Shown: one piece after another, positions 12,688 to 26,269 of the stretch
Position numbering within the stretch: position 1 is the first letter of the stretch
Layout: each line of letters starts with the position of its first letter
From: Batkoa obscura
Taxonomy: Eukaryota
Assembly: GCA_030770535.1 (NCBI GenBank)
Contig: JASVEC010000025.1
Span: 310,001-374,000, forward strand
DNA length: 64,000 bases
Direction: 5' to 3'
The notes under the pieces: generated by a model
Told to the model about the DNA's origin: nothing
The model's input: only the letters and a program-made list of their open reading frames with translations
Database searches by the model: none
Program-made: the position numbers and the translations under genes

Positions 12688-13280
12688 TTAAGGACCATTT
12701 CGAAATTTAAAGATGGGCAACACAACATTAAAGATTAGTAAATAAGCTCCATAGCCTGGTATCTAAATAATGAATAGGAATAAATAACTTACAACATAGC
12801 ACATTAAATTAAACTTACTAATAGATAGATGTACCAAAAATAGTTTGAAATGGTTGTAGCTACTTGAATAAACCATGTAATATAAAGTATATCAAACATA
12901 TAGCTAATAATATTAATACAAGTTAATATATAATATTATAATATCACTTACCTTATCAAGCCTTTACTGGACAAGTCCTCACCGGGGTTAACGATTTGAG
13001 TACCATTAAGTGTAGGCTTTGCTAACTTAATTAATTGAAAATAAATCAGCCAAGATAACCCAACGGTGAATATATAAGCTAACAAGGTATAGAAAGTTAA
13101 ACTAGAGTATTGAACTAGTAGTCTTATTATGATAAAATAAGCATTAACTCCTAAAAATATTTTTTGTAACTGAGTCAATAATTGCTCATTCTTTTGAATT
13201 ATTTTTTTCTTTTGTAAATTAGCCTACATAATTAATCTTTATTATTATCGGAATATTGTAGTATGTTTATTATTTACCAT
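12688..13280 (-). CDS. SND2: SRP-independent targeting protein Snd2/TMEM208 (DUF788), 4 exons
   Basis: MANLQKKKI start; GEDLSSKGL..YMFDILYITWFIQV...WYIYLLIPGYGAY motifs. Confidence 0.85.
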
Positions 13281-13501
13281 GTCTTGTTATCACTCCCTTC
13301 TTTCCTTTTTTATTGCTATTATACTATAAAATGAAGAATTTTAAACCAAAAAATCAAAATTTCAATTTTAAATTGAATAAATTTTGGAATAGACGGAACG
13401 GACCAATAATATAGCATAAATTTTTTTTGATTTTTTTTTTGACGAAACAAAAAATGTCAATATTCAAATTATAGTCTTTTTGATTATTTGTTTAAAAAGA
13501 G

Positions 13502-15085
13502 ATGGAGCCCAAAATTAATAAAACTTTGCTTAAGCAGGAGTTCCCATGTAGAGAAAAGGAGATCGATATATTGAGTAATATAGATATAGTAAATTAGTTT
13601 TAAAACATGTAATTAATTTAGCATTAACCCAAAGCTGGTAGTGTCCTATAGTCGACTTTATGTATATATGGGGTTCAAGTAATGGAGGCAAAACTACTTT
13701 ATTGAAAAAAATCTATGCGCAAAAAAATTTGATTTATATTGATTTAATCGAGTGTTACTCGTTAAGTTTAGTATTAAATAGAATCTTATATTTATTATTT
13801 AAAAAGAAGGAGAATTGCAGTAAACTAAGTTTATTTTTAAGTCATTTAAAATATTTGGATAGCGGAAAGGCTTATTACTTGGTAATTTATTTTTATTATT
13901 AGTTGAAATATTTGCTTACTTATTAATATCAGATACTAGATAATGCTGAAAGGCTTCACTCTTTACCAACTCAATTGTTATTATGCTTGTTAAAAATTAA
14001 AGAAAAAGTAAAACTTATTTATTATATTTAACTAATATGCTGATTTGGATTTTTAGATAAATATTGATTTTAAAGTGATATTAGTAAGTAATTTACCATA
14101 CAGTAAACTAAGGTTAAGTATTGGAATAAAAGAACCTTTTCAATTAAATTTCAAAAATTATAATGTTGAGGAAATGAAAAAGATTCTATTAAAAAAAGCA
14201 GAAGCCATAGAAAAGAAAGAAAAGCGAGAAGCGATTATTAATTTATTTCAAAAGAAAGAGTATTTGAGTTTAAAAGTGAATTTTTTAGACTTGTTTTTAA
14301 AGGCCATTTTTATTAAAAAGAGTACCCATATACCTTTTTTAATTCAGCTGTTTTACCATTATCTATTAATTTATTCAATCCCTGTTATCACCTCACAGTC
14401 AACTGAGTCTTTCCAGCCTTCTTTTCTTTATGGTGTTTTTGCAAAAAATGGGTATGCAGATGCTATGGTTAAACTTAAATTTATAAATATCAGCGATGAC
14501 GAAGAACAAAATAATCAAACCCAAGTTGTACAAAATGAACTTGAAGCGAATAACAATCCGATTATATTACCTTATTATGCTAAATATTTATTAATAGCAA
14601 GTTATTTGGCAAGCTATAATCCAGCTAAACTTGATCCCATTTATTTTTATAATGGTGCGAATAGAATTTTAAATGGGAATTTATTAAATAAAAATAAAAG
14701 AGAACGTAAAAATAAAGTAAGTATTATATTTGAAATAAACAAAATATAATAATTAAACTTTTAATAGGATAATGACCCTAAAGAACCAAGTTTCTTCCCA
14801 ATGGATCGATTAATGGCTATTTTTTATTCTATTTTGACTGAAGAACTTATTGATACTTCTCAAATTGATAATTTAGTATGTTTTTAACTTACTTTTACTT
14901 ACTATTCATCTAATTGATTATTTTAGTTAGCAACCTTAATTTCAAATCAATTTATATCTCAAGTTGGAGGTTACGGTAGGCTAGAGGATATTAAATTAAA
15001 ATGTGAAGTTAGTTTTGAATTAATTAAAACTTTGAGTGACCAAGTAAATTTAGATCTGAGACATTATCTTCATGCTAGTGATTAA
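13502..15085 (+). CDS. ORC5: Origin recognition complex subunit 5, multi-exon
   Basis: FPCREKEI, Walker A GSSNGGKT, LILDNAERL, LPYYAKYLLIASYLASYNPAKLD, FPMDRLMAIF and IATLIS motifs. Confidence 0.92.
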
Positions 15086-15120
15086 TTAAAATAAAATAAA
15101 ATAAAAAATTGTTTTTTTTA

Positions 15121-15758
15121 TTATGGTATCAATTCGACTTTACTCCATCCTTGATCCTTTTTGATAAGCTGATACTCATATCTTTTATTATTAGTCAATT
15201 CTAGATGATCAACATGATCGGGTTTTAACAATAATAAAGTGAAATTAGAGAGCGCTTTTTCCTTCATCGTTGCCTCATCGTATTCTTTAACAGTCTCCTC
15301 TTCTGTTTTAAGTACACCTGTATTGTCAATATAAAAGCTTAACTTTAATTGGTCGTTTAATTTATTAAAATAACGTTTCTTCAAATCTAGTATTTCTATT
15401 TCTGTTAAATTCTTATACCCATCCTCTTTTTTCACTACATAACCTTCACCTCTTATTCTATACTGTTCATTAAGCTCATTTAAATACCTACGTAATATAA
15501 GGTATAAAATAATGACGTAATTATTATAAAAAAACAAAATTACCAGCATAACTCGAACGCATTGTTCTTTTCCAAATGACTAATTTTATCCGACTTTAGA
15601 TGTGCTGTAACAATCAAGTAGAATTCATTTTCAATTACTTCTGATCCTCGAACTACTACTGTTCTCACAAAGGGTTGCTGCTTGTAGCAGGTACTTAACT
15701 GTACGTAGTTATCTTGGGCTTTTTTTACCTTCGATTTTAATGTTGAATACCACTTCAT
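15121..15758 (-). CDS. Pyridoxamine 5'-phosphate oxidase-like FMN-binding protein, 2 exons
   Basis: QLST..PFVRTVVVRG, SDK, ELCWY...EQYRIRG, NFTLLLLKPDHVDHLEL and W...ELIP motifs. Confidence 0.8.
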
Positions 15759-16009
15759 TTATGTTTGATGTATCTTTAAAACTAAAATTAAGATTAAATT
15801 TTTTGTACCCAAATCGAATTTATCTTAATTATTACGTAAACATCAAGTTATATTTATTACAATCATAGTGTCTTAATTATTTTGATAAACTGTAAACAAA
15901 AAACAAAGAGTCAAATTTATACACATACAGACAAATATTTTTAATGTTTCAACCAGGAACCAGATTATTTTTATACATAATATTATACCATCTAAAATAG
16001 CGTAGTTAG

Positions 16010-16267
16010 TTTACTAATTGTTCTCTTTTGCTATTTTTTTAGATATAGAAATTAATTAACTAGTACGGTATTTAAGCTTGGATGTGTGCTAACTAACTGT
16101 TCATTTTGAATAAAAATTAACAAGCTTTAAATCACCATGATAGAATAAATAGCTGGTTATAAAGTTTATCGTTTGCCAGCATACATTTGAAAACTTAAAT
16201 AGCTACATTAGTTAATTTCTAAAATTTAAACAATAGCAAAAAAGAGTAATAGGTAAAAAACATTCCC
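16010..16267 (+). mobile_element. ~270-bp MITE family B, copy 1 (left terminus eroded)
   Basis: Colinear with 60818-61089; long imperfect TIRs; ends ...AAACATTCCC. Confidence 0.75.
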
Positions 16268-16914
16268 ATACATTAATTTAAAACATATTCTAAAGCTTTT
16301 GTATTAAACATAAAATTTTATAACTGCAATGATTAAAATGATTAATAATTAAATTTAACCTTTAATAATTAAATTTTAATAAAGTTATTTACTGTTAAAC
16401 CTTGAGTTATGATTATTATTAATCAATTTGTTGGTCTAAAACAAGCCTTTTATTCTTTTGTATCATTACTAATAGCTATTGCTTTGATTATTTATCATTA
16501 TCATAACATTTGCAATTTAAACTTCAATATTTCAACAGCATTTTAGTATTTAAGAACAAATGCACTTATAATGCCAAAGTGGCATTTATTAAAAGTAATA
16601 TAATAATTAATTACTGTAGAAAAAAATAGGATAAATGTTTTATAAGAAAAAAGGATAAACGTTGAAACCAAACATGCCGAAAAAAATCTAACCTTAACTA
16701 AAGAAATTAACTATTGGGTAAAAAATAAGAGCTGCAGGTTATTCCTTGTAAATTTAATAAGTTATAATGAATAAAATAGTTAATAAATGACCAACTTAAT
16801 TTGGAGTTTTAAAAAGGAGTTTTAAAGGGATTATAAAAGTGATATAAGAATAGACATTAAATATGTAGAAAGTATAAAAAGGAAGCAGTTGACTTGATTA
16901 TATTTATCTTATAA

Positions 16915-19202
16915 ATGGCAATTAAAATCTTTGCTTGTGAATTGCCTAACACTAGAAAGCCAGGTCAAACTGGTAATAGAACATTATTTTATTTATATAA
17001 GTATTAAACCTTAGATAGGCATTTATATGAATGCAAATTCTATTGAACCAACAAGTGACAAACCGTATCCCAGGACGTTATATGAGCTATTTGTAAAAGG
17101 TAAGTTTAATTAAAAATACATTAAAATAATCAATAACGAGGAAAAAATAGCGTATCAAAAAGCACCAGATAATGATTTCCTTGGAACTAGAGAAAAACAG
17201 GACAATAAATTGGGGGATTATTGTTATCAAAGTTATAAAGAAGTGTACAAGAGAGCTAGTGATGTTTCAAGTGGGTTAGAATATTTGGTGCAAGAGCATG
17301 GTTTATACACCAATAAGGAAATAAAAACAGTAGGGATTTTTTCAAACAATCGTAGTGAGTGGGTGATAAGTGAATTGGCTGTGTGTTTTAGAAGCTATAC
17401 AACTGTTGGTATTTATGATACTTATGGAAAAGAAAGATTGGATCATATAATCAGTCATTCTGAAATTGAGACACTTATTCTAAACCGTGAAAAGTTATTG
17501 TTTTTGCAACAAAATAACATAAATTTACACCAAATTAAAGTATTGATTTGTTTTGACGAGATTGTTGACAATGATGATAAAATTAATTTCACAAATTGGG
17601 CTGAAAACAAAAATATTAAATTAACTTTTTTCAATGAAGTAGAGTCTTTAGGCAAAGTTAATCCTTTTACCCCAAATCCTCCTAAACCAGACTCTATATA
17701 TGTTATAGCTTACACTTCTGGTACCACCGGATTACCTAAAGGAGTGATGTCCACCCATTCAAATTATTTGGACTATTTTTATATCAAAGGAGAAGACAAT
17801 AGAGGCTTAGATTTAGTTACTTCCTATTCTTATATGCCTTTAGCACATACATATGAAAGAGCAAATTTAATAGGTGTTATTGCTTGTCAAGGAAGAACCG
17901 GATTTAATTCTGACTCTATGTTAAATTTCATGGATGATATTCAAAAGCTCCGACCTACTAAGTTAATTACAGTACCTAAGATATTATGGCAGATTTATAG
18001 CTCTATTGAGGCAGCTTGTAATTCAGCCGATCCAAATTCTGCTTTATTGAAGGAAGCTATCCAGCAAAAGTTAATTGATATGAAAGCAGGAAAAGGCATT
18101 AAATCAGATAAGTATGACCATATTTTCAAAAGATTCCGTGAATCTTTAGGTGGGGAAATTGCTTTATTGACCACTGCATCGGCTCCGATCCCATCAGAGG
18201 TTTTAGATACAATAAAAGTAGTACTATCAGCTAATATCGTAGAAGGTACTTAAACTTTGTTCACGTAACGTTGAAACTTATTATTTTAGGCTACGGGTCA
18301 ACTGAAGCACTCGGCGTTTCAATGACCGATATATATGATAGTGACTCTGGAAGTGTAGGAGCACCTTTTCCTAGGTAACTAAGATAACTAATATTTTTAT
18401 TTTTTAACATTTTTTAAAAGTGTACAAATCAAACTACTCGATTTACCAGATAAAGGATACTTAAGTAGTGATGAGCCAGTTCCTCGTGGTGAAGTATGTG
18501 TTAAAAGTCCAAATGTATTTAAAGGATATTTTAAAGATGAAAAAACTACAAAAGAAGCATTTACTGAAGATGGTTGGTTTTTGACTGGAGATGTGGGAAT
18601 GATAGACGAAAAAGGAAGATTGCATATCATTGATAGAAAAACCAATATGCTTAAATTAAATGACGGTAACTAATATTGAAATTATATATAGTGAGATTAA
18701 TAACAACTTATAGGCTATCATGTTGCACCTGAAAGAATAGAAAAGACAATAAATTATAATCCTTTGATTTTGCAATCTTTTATATACTGCGAGCCTACAG
18801 ATTCTTATGTAGTGGCATTAATTATACCAGATGAAAAAAATTATTTGAAATGGGCTCAGCAAAAATTGAATGATTCTAATTTAACTATGGAGTTTGCATG
18901 CAAAAACAGTAAATTAAATAGTTTGCTGTTGGAAGAGACAAAAGATAGTTGCGAAAAGGCTGGCTTTGCTAGGTATTTGTTATACTATATTTATTGTTTT
19001 GTATTAACTATTTTAGCTTTGAAATTCCTAAGTATATTCATCTCCATCCTACTCCATTTACTTTAGAAAATGGCCTTTTAAATGATACGTAAGTTACATA
19101 ATAATAATATAGATATTAAGTTAACATCTTTTTAGTTTTAAAATCAAACGTAAAGCAGTAAAGGAAGAATTTCTCCCCATTTTTAAAAGATTTTATAAAT
19201 AA
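16915..19202 (+). CDS. Long-chain fatty acyl-CoA synthetase (ACSL/Faa2-like), multi-exon
   Basis: YTSGTTGLPKG, YMPLAHTYER, EGYGSTE, PRGEVCVKSPNVFKGY and GWFLTGDVG..IIDRK motifs. Confidence 0.93.
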
Positions 19203-19559
19203 ACTTAACTGTTTATCATCGTATCTGTTTGTTTTTCAAGCTGCTTTTAAATACGATTTATAATACCTAAATTATTGTACTAGTTTAAATGAAGTAAAAA
19301 AATCAATAAAATTAACTGTAGTTAAAAATTTCAAAGGCTAAGCTATGAGTTTATATGCTTAAGATACTAAATTCTATATAGGTAAAATAATCACAGCGTA
19401 GAAGATGATAGTTTTTTTAGACACTTTAATAAACATGAGTAAAATTCGTTATCAAACTAATTATGGTGGTGACTTATAAGGATTGGGGCAAGCATATAAA
19501 AAAAATAAGTTTTTTATGCTTATAGTTTATTTTCCAGTTCATAAACCAATATAAACCTA

Positions 19560-20265
19560 TTGGCATATAGCAACAAATCAAAGCACACCTATTTCAAATC
19601 ATCTGATACTTTATACACTAATATCAGCTGTCATCAAACAAGCTAATAACTAGCACTTTTTCCATAGTGTGTTTATCAACCTTTAGGACGTCAATATTAA
19701 ACTTATGGATATTAATAGGAACAAGAGGAATCAAAATAACAGTTACATAATCTAAGTACATGGAGTTATTAAACCTACGATGACTACAATATTGAACATT
19801 CAAAAACTGAGAATAATAGTAACTAAATCTGTTTTCTGGTTCTCTACCAACAATATGATCTGGAAGATGAATTATTTTAATAACGCTGACATTTTCATGG
19901 GCTTGGTAAACTCAAGTAAACCTTAAACTTTCAGAGTTATAAACCATTACCTTATTATGAAGTTTGATTAAAAATGAAGCATCTTTAAAAGTGAATTCAA
20001 TTATCTTTCTTTTTACATTACATTTCATAGACGTTGCATTCATAAAATATAAAGTAGATAACTTTTGTATCAATTGATTGCTATTTCCCATTATTATTTC
20101 TTCTCCCATATTTATATCTTTGGACTCCTGAAACTGTAAGCAAGGATAATCAACTACGATACAATATTTGAAGTAGCTTTGTAAACACGAATCTGCGGTT
20201 CGTCCCATACAATTGGCACACTATTGAATCAATATCATTTTTAAGTCAGTACGTGGGTTATTCAT
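19560..20265 (-). mobile_element. Decayed coding remnant, possibly non-LTR retrotransposon ORF1/gag-like
   Basis: Interrupted frames (IIEFTFKD..., VIKIIHLPDHI..., degenerate Cys-rich tail) with several stops; family assignment weak. Confidence 0.3.
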
Positions 20266-21527
20266 AAATTTTATTATATTTTTACAACATAGATTTAGTG
20301 AAGTATCCATCTTTTTTATCATGCCAAGATTAAGCTCAATAGATTAAATATTAGACTGATTTAGCCTAGGTTTGATATAAAATAGGCCTTCTAATAGTAA
20401 CTAATAGTCTAATACGTACATTGGAAAACTTAATTTAAAGCAATGAATAAGAATCAAATCAAATAAATATTCAAAAGTGATCTAATAACAAATACATAGC
20501 CCTTTTGATTTGAAATAAAATTAAATATTTGATAATAACATAAAAATACGTGTATTGATGTATTAATAATAATTATGAAGATTTCATTCAAACTATTTTA
20601 TAATACAATATTATATATTACTTACAATTCGTGTTTAAATTCAAGTCATTACTTTTTATTTTTTATTTACTTGGAGTTTAGCGTTACAATGGGTAGGAAA
20701 ATAATAAATTTTATTGCGAGCAAGTACCATTCATTGAGCTATATCCTAATTTTTATTGTTTTTAGATAGAATAAACTATATATTCAGTTGGGCAAGAGAC
20801 AAATAAGGGCCTTTGATAAGCACTTCTTCAATACGAAAGTTCTCTGTCATGTTAGAGCTTATAACTATTAGTAAAATACAAAAAGCGTTTTGCTATTAAA
20901 TTAAAGTTAATTGGGTCATAATATCAATATTAAAAAATCAGTTTTATAAATAATGTTTTTTAAAATATCATAAATTATCTAAACAAATATTTATGTTTGC
21001 TCATTGATACAAATCATTGTTGTTGATTTTAAATTATTATAATAAATGTCAAACTATGGGAATAGTATTATCTGATCTTTAATATCAAATTAGCAAATAT
21101 GATATCTTTACATAAAAGTTACTGAAATAACTTATTCTTGTGACTTATGACAAGTTAAATTAGATGCTGTTGTTTTAAACCTTGGATTATTTTTAAATAG
21201 CTTCGTATATTACTTATTTTTTTTTATAATGAACTAAACACGTTTGTCTATTATCAAAAGGTACTACTATTAATGTAGATAGGTTCAAATAACTAAATTT
21301 TAAAGTGTAACTACTTAACATGATCAAATTCTATATTAAATACCTTATAAAAACTTAATAATAGCTAACAATAGATGACTATCTATTTGCATCTTATATG
21401 GAATAATTCCAAGAGTTATCAACAATACATATATTTTCGAATGCAAATACCATTTATAGTAAGCTGTTTTTAAGCTAAACAGGAACAATAAAACAGCGCA
21501 TATAAATAAGTCAATTCAACTTTATAA

Positions 21528-22460
21528 ATGTACTTTGTTCACCTTTTTAAAAAAATGGGCGCTCTCACTACCCATTCATTTATAATGATTAGTATATCGG
21601 CCACCATAGCTATTCTCAATTCATTTTTAATTTATCTTGCATCGAAAATAAAGCCAAGGACAAAAGACATCAATTTTATCATTGCTATATGTTGCATCGA
21701 ATATCTTTTACCAGTGGTTGGATGGGCCAACACCATAAGTGCATGGATTACTAAAAAGAAGGCTACAGATACAGTTTTAGGCTGTCAAATATTAGGCTTT
21801 ATAACAATGTCCATCTTTTTTTTTGAAGTTATGGTCAACGCTTTGCTAGCTATTGAGCGATATTCTCATATTACAAAGCAAAATTTACTACCTTTTTTTT
21901 CGATCCCTGCTTTAATTGCTTCTGTAGCCTTTATAGTATTAATTTCTATTTCTGCTGCACAGAATTTGTTTGTTAAAGCTGCTTCTGATAGTTTATGTAT
22001 GGTTATACCAAACAACTCACTATTGACAGCGATAACATTTTATTTCTTTATACTTTGTATGTTTTTGGGACTACTTACCATCTTTTATTGCTATTTGAAG
22101 TTAGCAATTTATACCAATAGTGTAACTAAATTCATTGAAATTGATGGAAACTCAAACCATAATGTTAGAACCATTACAAAAAAACCATGGAGCATAAAAT
22201 GGGTAAAAATTCGAATTTATACGACTTTGATTGCTTATGGAGTTTGTACATTTAGCTCTCTATTATGTGGGCTGGCAGAGAGTATCCATGCCTACATGTT
22301 TGGGATAGGAGGGGACGTCCAATTTGTACTAAATTTATTAACAGTCATATTATATTTGCTTGGTGCACTTACTAATTCAATGCTTTTATTATTTTTACAC
22401 GCTGGTATCTCGCGTCAATCAAAAATATTTTTTAAAAATATTTTAAGGGATAGAAGGTGA
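21528..22460 (+). CDS. Intronless 7TM receptor with class A GPCR hallmarks (paralog of 11148-12041)
   Basis: CQILGF, LAIERY, ECL2 Cys (SLCMV), FYCYLKL, RIYTTL and LFLH; same layout as the paralog. Confidence 0.75.
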   Translation: MYFVHLFKKMGALTTHSFIMISISATIAILNSFLIYLASKIKPRTKDINFIIAICCIEYLLPVVGWANTISAWITKKKATDTVLGCQILGFITMSIFFFEVMVNALLAIERYSHITKQNLLPFFSIPALIASVAFIVLISISAAQNLFVKAASDSLCMVIPNNSLLTAITFYFFILCMFLGLLTIFYCYLKLAIYTNSVTKFIEIDGNSNHNVRTITKKPWSIKWVKIRIYTTLIAYGVCTFSSLLCGLAESIHAYMFGIGGDVQFVLNLLTVILYLLGALTNSMLLLFLHAGISRQSKIFFKNILRDRR

Positions 22461-23585
22461 AACCATCTGAGTTATAGTTAAATGGTTTGAACTTTTATAG
22501 ACATTAATCTATCAAACTTTTTGAGCTATATAAAAGTAGTCTCCTATAATTACAGAATAATACTTTTTAAATATATTTCTCATGCTGGCGTGTTTATAAA
22601 AGAATTATTTTAAAACAATTTAAAGTTTTCAGTTATACTATTATTTTTTTACGATTCTTACGCATTTTATATTTTAACAGAAGTTCTTTTTAAACATGAG
22701 CATTTTGTTGTCGTTACATTTTCGCTTTAATTCTCTCATTTATTTATCAACCTCGCCTATTTTGGTACTACACTACATATAGCAATTTAATTAGAATTGA
22801 GTAGTATCGAATATACTTACTTATTGATATTATGAGCTTTTTTGTAAATTTATACAGTTTAATATTATTTAACTAGAAATTATAAAGGGCAATGCGATAT
22901 ATTAAACGCTTTTTTCGGATTACTATTAATATCATTTTATTTATTGAGTTAAAATTTCTCAACTTTTAATATAAAGTAACTTACAATTCTAGTATTTTGT
23001 TATAATATAAAACCTAATACATTTGGCTGTTACAAAAGTAATATAAGCATGTTCCTTTTAGTAAAAGTTAATTGGTCTAGTTGATATTAAAATTATTAAA
23101 AATAATTTAAAAACGGCTAATAAGTATGAACTATAAATGTAACATATAATACATAACAAATATAGTAAATGTATAGTTGATAAAAAGTATAAATATACGA
23201 TCGATAATGAGTACAATTTTGGACCTTAAACTTGCTCATTTTTAATAAACCTATAAATTAAATGTAATAAACTAACAATATAATTAAAATAAGACCAAAG
23301 TTATAATTAGAACAAAAACTAAACAAAAGCCAAGAGAATATTTTTACGCATTCTTTTATTCCAATAAAACAGAGTAACATTTTGATAAAATAGAGCGAAA
23401 GATTAAATGGGTAATTAATGATTTAATAAATTAAAAACGATATTAGCGAAAAGGCTATAGGGGGTGAAAATAAATTTAACAAAAATGATTGGTTAAAAAC
23501 CATGAGTAATGAGCCACTGGTAAAAAAATAACATTAAAAAATTCTTAATTTAAATCATATTCTTTTAGTAATAAAAGCAAGCAAT

Positions 23586-26223
23586 ATGATGGTCACCAAT
23601 ACTAAGGACCCCTTCAATGTAACTAGTAATCAAGATCAAGATAGAAATCCATTTTCCGATAAAAATAATGAAATAAAAATCAACGTATCTAATGATATTC
23701 CGGATTTAAATACAATTGCTAACCACTTAAATATTGAGATCATTGACGAATATAGTTCTTTAAGCTTAAACGATTTACAGGCAAGAGGAAGGTATAGCCA
23801 AAGTATAAGGTCGAGAACAAGGAAAAAAACAAATGAAAGCAGGGATTCTATTATATCATTTTACTCTGACGCCAAAGAATTTCAAGAAAATAAGGCAGAA
23901 AAACTCTTAAAACCGGAAGATGCAGAAAGCATGGATAAAAAATCAATAAGCTTTAATGAAGGTTCAAAGGCCTATAGTCATAAAGCAAAAAACTCAAGTT
24001 CTAAGAGTATTAATTCAACTGAGAAAGTAGTATTTGAGGAACCAAGTACAATAGAAAGTAGTAAATTTGATGCAAAAGATAAGTTAGAAATAAAGAAGCA
24101 TAGAAGACATTCAAGGAAACAGAGTATAAATAGTCGTGCAACTAGGCCAAAAAGCATCTTGTTACCGTCATATGCTACCCCAACGATAACCGAGACAGAC
24201 TCAACAAGTAAAGAAAATAGAAAGTTTCATAGAACCAAAACTCTCGATCCTACTCAATTTAAAGGACCCAATTTTATTAAATCACATCAAAGATCATATA
24301 CATCGAATGGAAAAATGACTATGCTAGAACAAGTAAGTAACTGGGAAGATGCTAAACAGAGTTGGAAACAATATCGTCGGTTCTCGAAAAGACCTAATAA
24401 AATTGGCTCAAATGATGAGGATGAGGATAGAGTTCTTATAGGAACTAGAGTAGCTGAAGGACATCAGAATTATACTCTGATGTACAATATGTTAACCGGG
24501 ATTAGAGTTTCAGTAAATTTGAATTTATATAATAAGATAATATTTATTCATATGAATTTTAGGTTTCCAGATGCTCAGCAAAACCAATGAAGTCTTTATC
24601 AACAGAAGACTTTATTGCATCAAATAAATTAGCTTTTGATGTGTAAGTTTAAAGTCATATTAATTTGTCAACTTTACTCAGATTCTTTTAGTACTGGAAA
24701 TGAGTTGGTGCCCTCCTCTAAATATGACTTTAAATTTAAAGATTATGCGCCCAATGTATTCCGTCAAATAAGAACAATTTTTGGTATTGACCCAGCGGAG
24801 TATTTAGTAAGCCTTGGAATTAATCAAGTTTTAATTAAATAACACATATAAATAGATGTCATTAACTCACAAATATATTGTATCCGAATTGTTTTCCCCA
24901 GGGAAAAGCAAAAGTTTCTTTTACTATTCTAGAGATTATAGATTTATTATCAAAACGGTACATCATGTAGAACATCGATTTATGAGGAAAATTCTACCAG
25001 ATTATTTTAAGGTAGATATAAGAACTATATTGTTGTAACTTATGAATACTTATTTTTAATTTTAGTATATTCAAGAAAATCCAAACACTTTATTGACTAG
25101 AATTTATGGTTTGCATCGAGTTAAAGTAGCATATTCTAGAAAAATTCATTTCGTAGTAATGGCAAACATTTTTCCACCTAATAAGGATATTCATGAGTCA
25201 TATGATTTAAAAGTAATAATTGTTTTATATATATATATAGTTCAAGCTTACTAATCTGTAATAGGGATCTACTCTGGGACGTAAAGTAGACGAAAGCATA
25301 TTTTTAAGGAACCCAATTATACCAATGAAGGACCTTAATTGGATGGAAAAAGATAGGCGATTTCATTTTGGACCTCAAAAGCGTAATATATTTCTCGAGC
25401 AATTAGAAAAAGACGCAAAAGTAAGCAATTATATTATTATCGTTATTAGCATAATTTATTAATATAATATAGCTATTGAAGACTTTAAAAATTATGGACT
25501 ATTCTTTGTTAGTGGGCATCCATTTTAAAGATCGTGGTAATCAAGATGGTATTAGAGATAGATCCTTATCTATCTTTCAGGTAGGTTTATTTTATCATGG
25601 TTTATAAAATAGTGATTTAATCCGTTATTTTTATTAGCCTGATTTAAATAAAGTGCTACAAGGAGGTCAAGAGAAAGGTACTGAGTTAGCTAATATGGTA
25701 CGAAGGACAATAGCAGTATCTGATCCGGTGGCATTGTCTGGAAAGTCTTTAAAAGGGATACCAAACGAGTAAGCGAAAATTAAATCGAATAAGATAATTA
25801 TGCTAAACTTTTTTTGTTAATAGAGCAGTGTTTTATAGAGATTCTGGTGGGTTTTCTTCATCAGATGAAAATGATATGGATGGGGATATCATTTATTATT
25901 TTGGTATCATTGATATTTTAACACCTTATAATTATGCTAAAAAAGTGGAACATTATTGGAAATCCATGAGCCAAGACAAAGTAATTTAATTTTAAAATTT
26001 GATTTATATATTTATTGGTTTCATGTAGAATGCTATTTCAGCTGTACATCCTAAAGTTTACGCAAATCGATTTATTAATTTTATTTCAGATTCAGCAATT
26101 CAAAAGGTATGGGAGTCATGTGAATCAAGCTCCAATTCACCAAAGCCGGAATCTAAACAAATAAGGCAGCGTCGATTAACTTTAAAAAATCAAAGGAGGA
26201 AATCTAATTATTCAAAAAATTGA
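23586..26223 (+). CDS. MSS4: Phosphatidylinositol-4-phosphate 5-kinase, multi-exon
   Basis: [69 protein letters not shown] and GIIDILT motifs. Confidence 0.95.
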
Positions 26224-26269
26224 ATATAATTTATATTTGTTATTATAATTAAAGTTTGTTTTATTTTAA

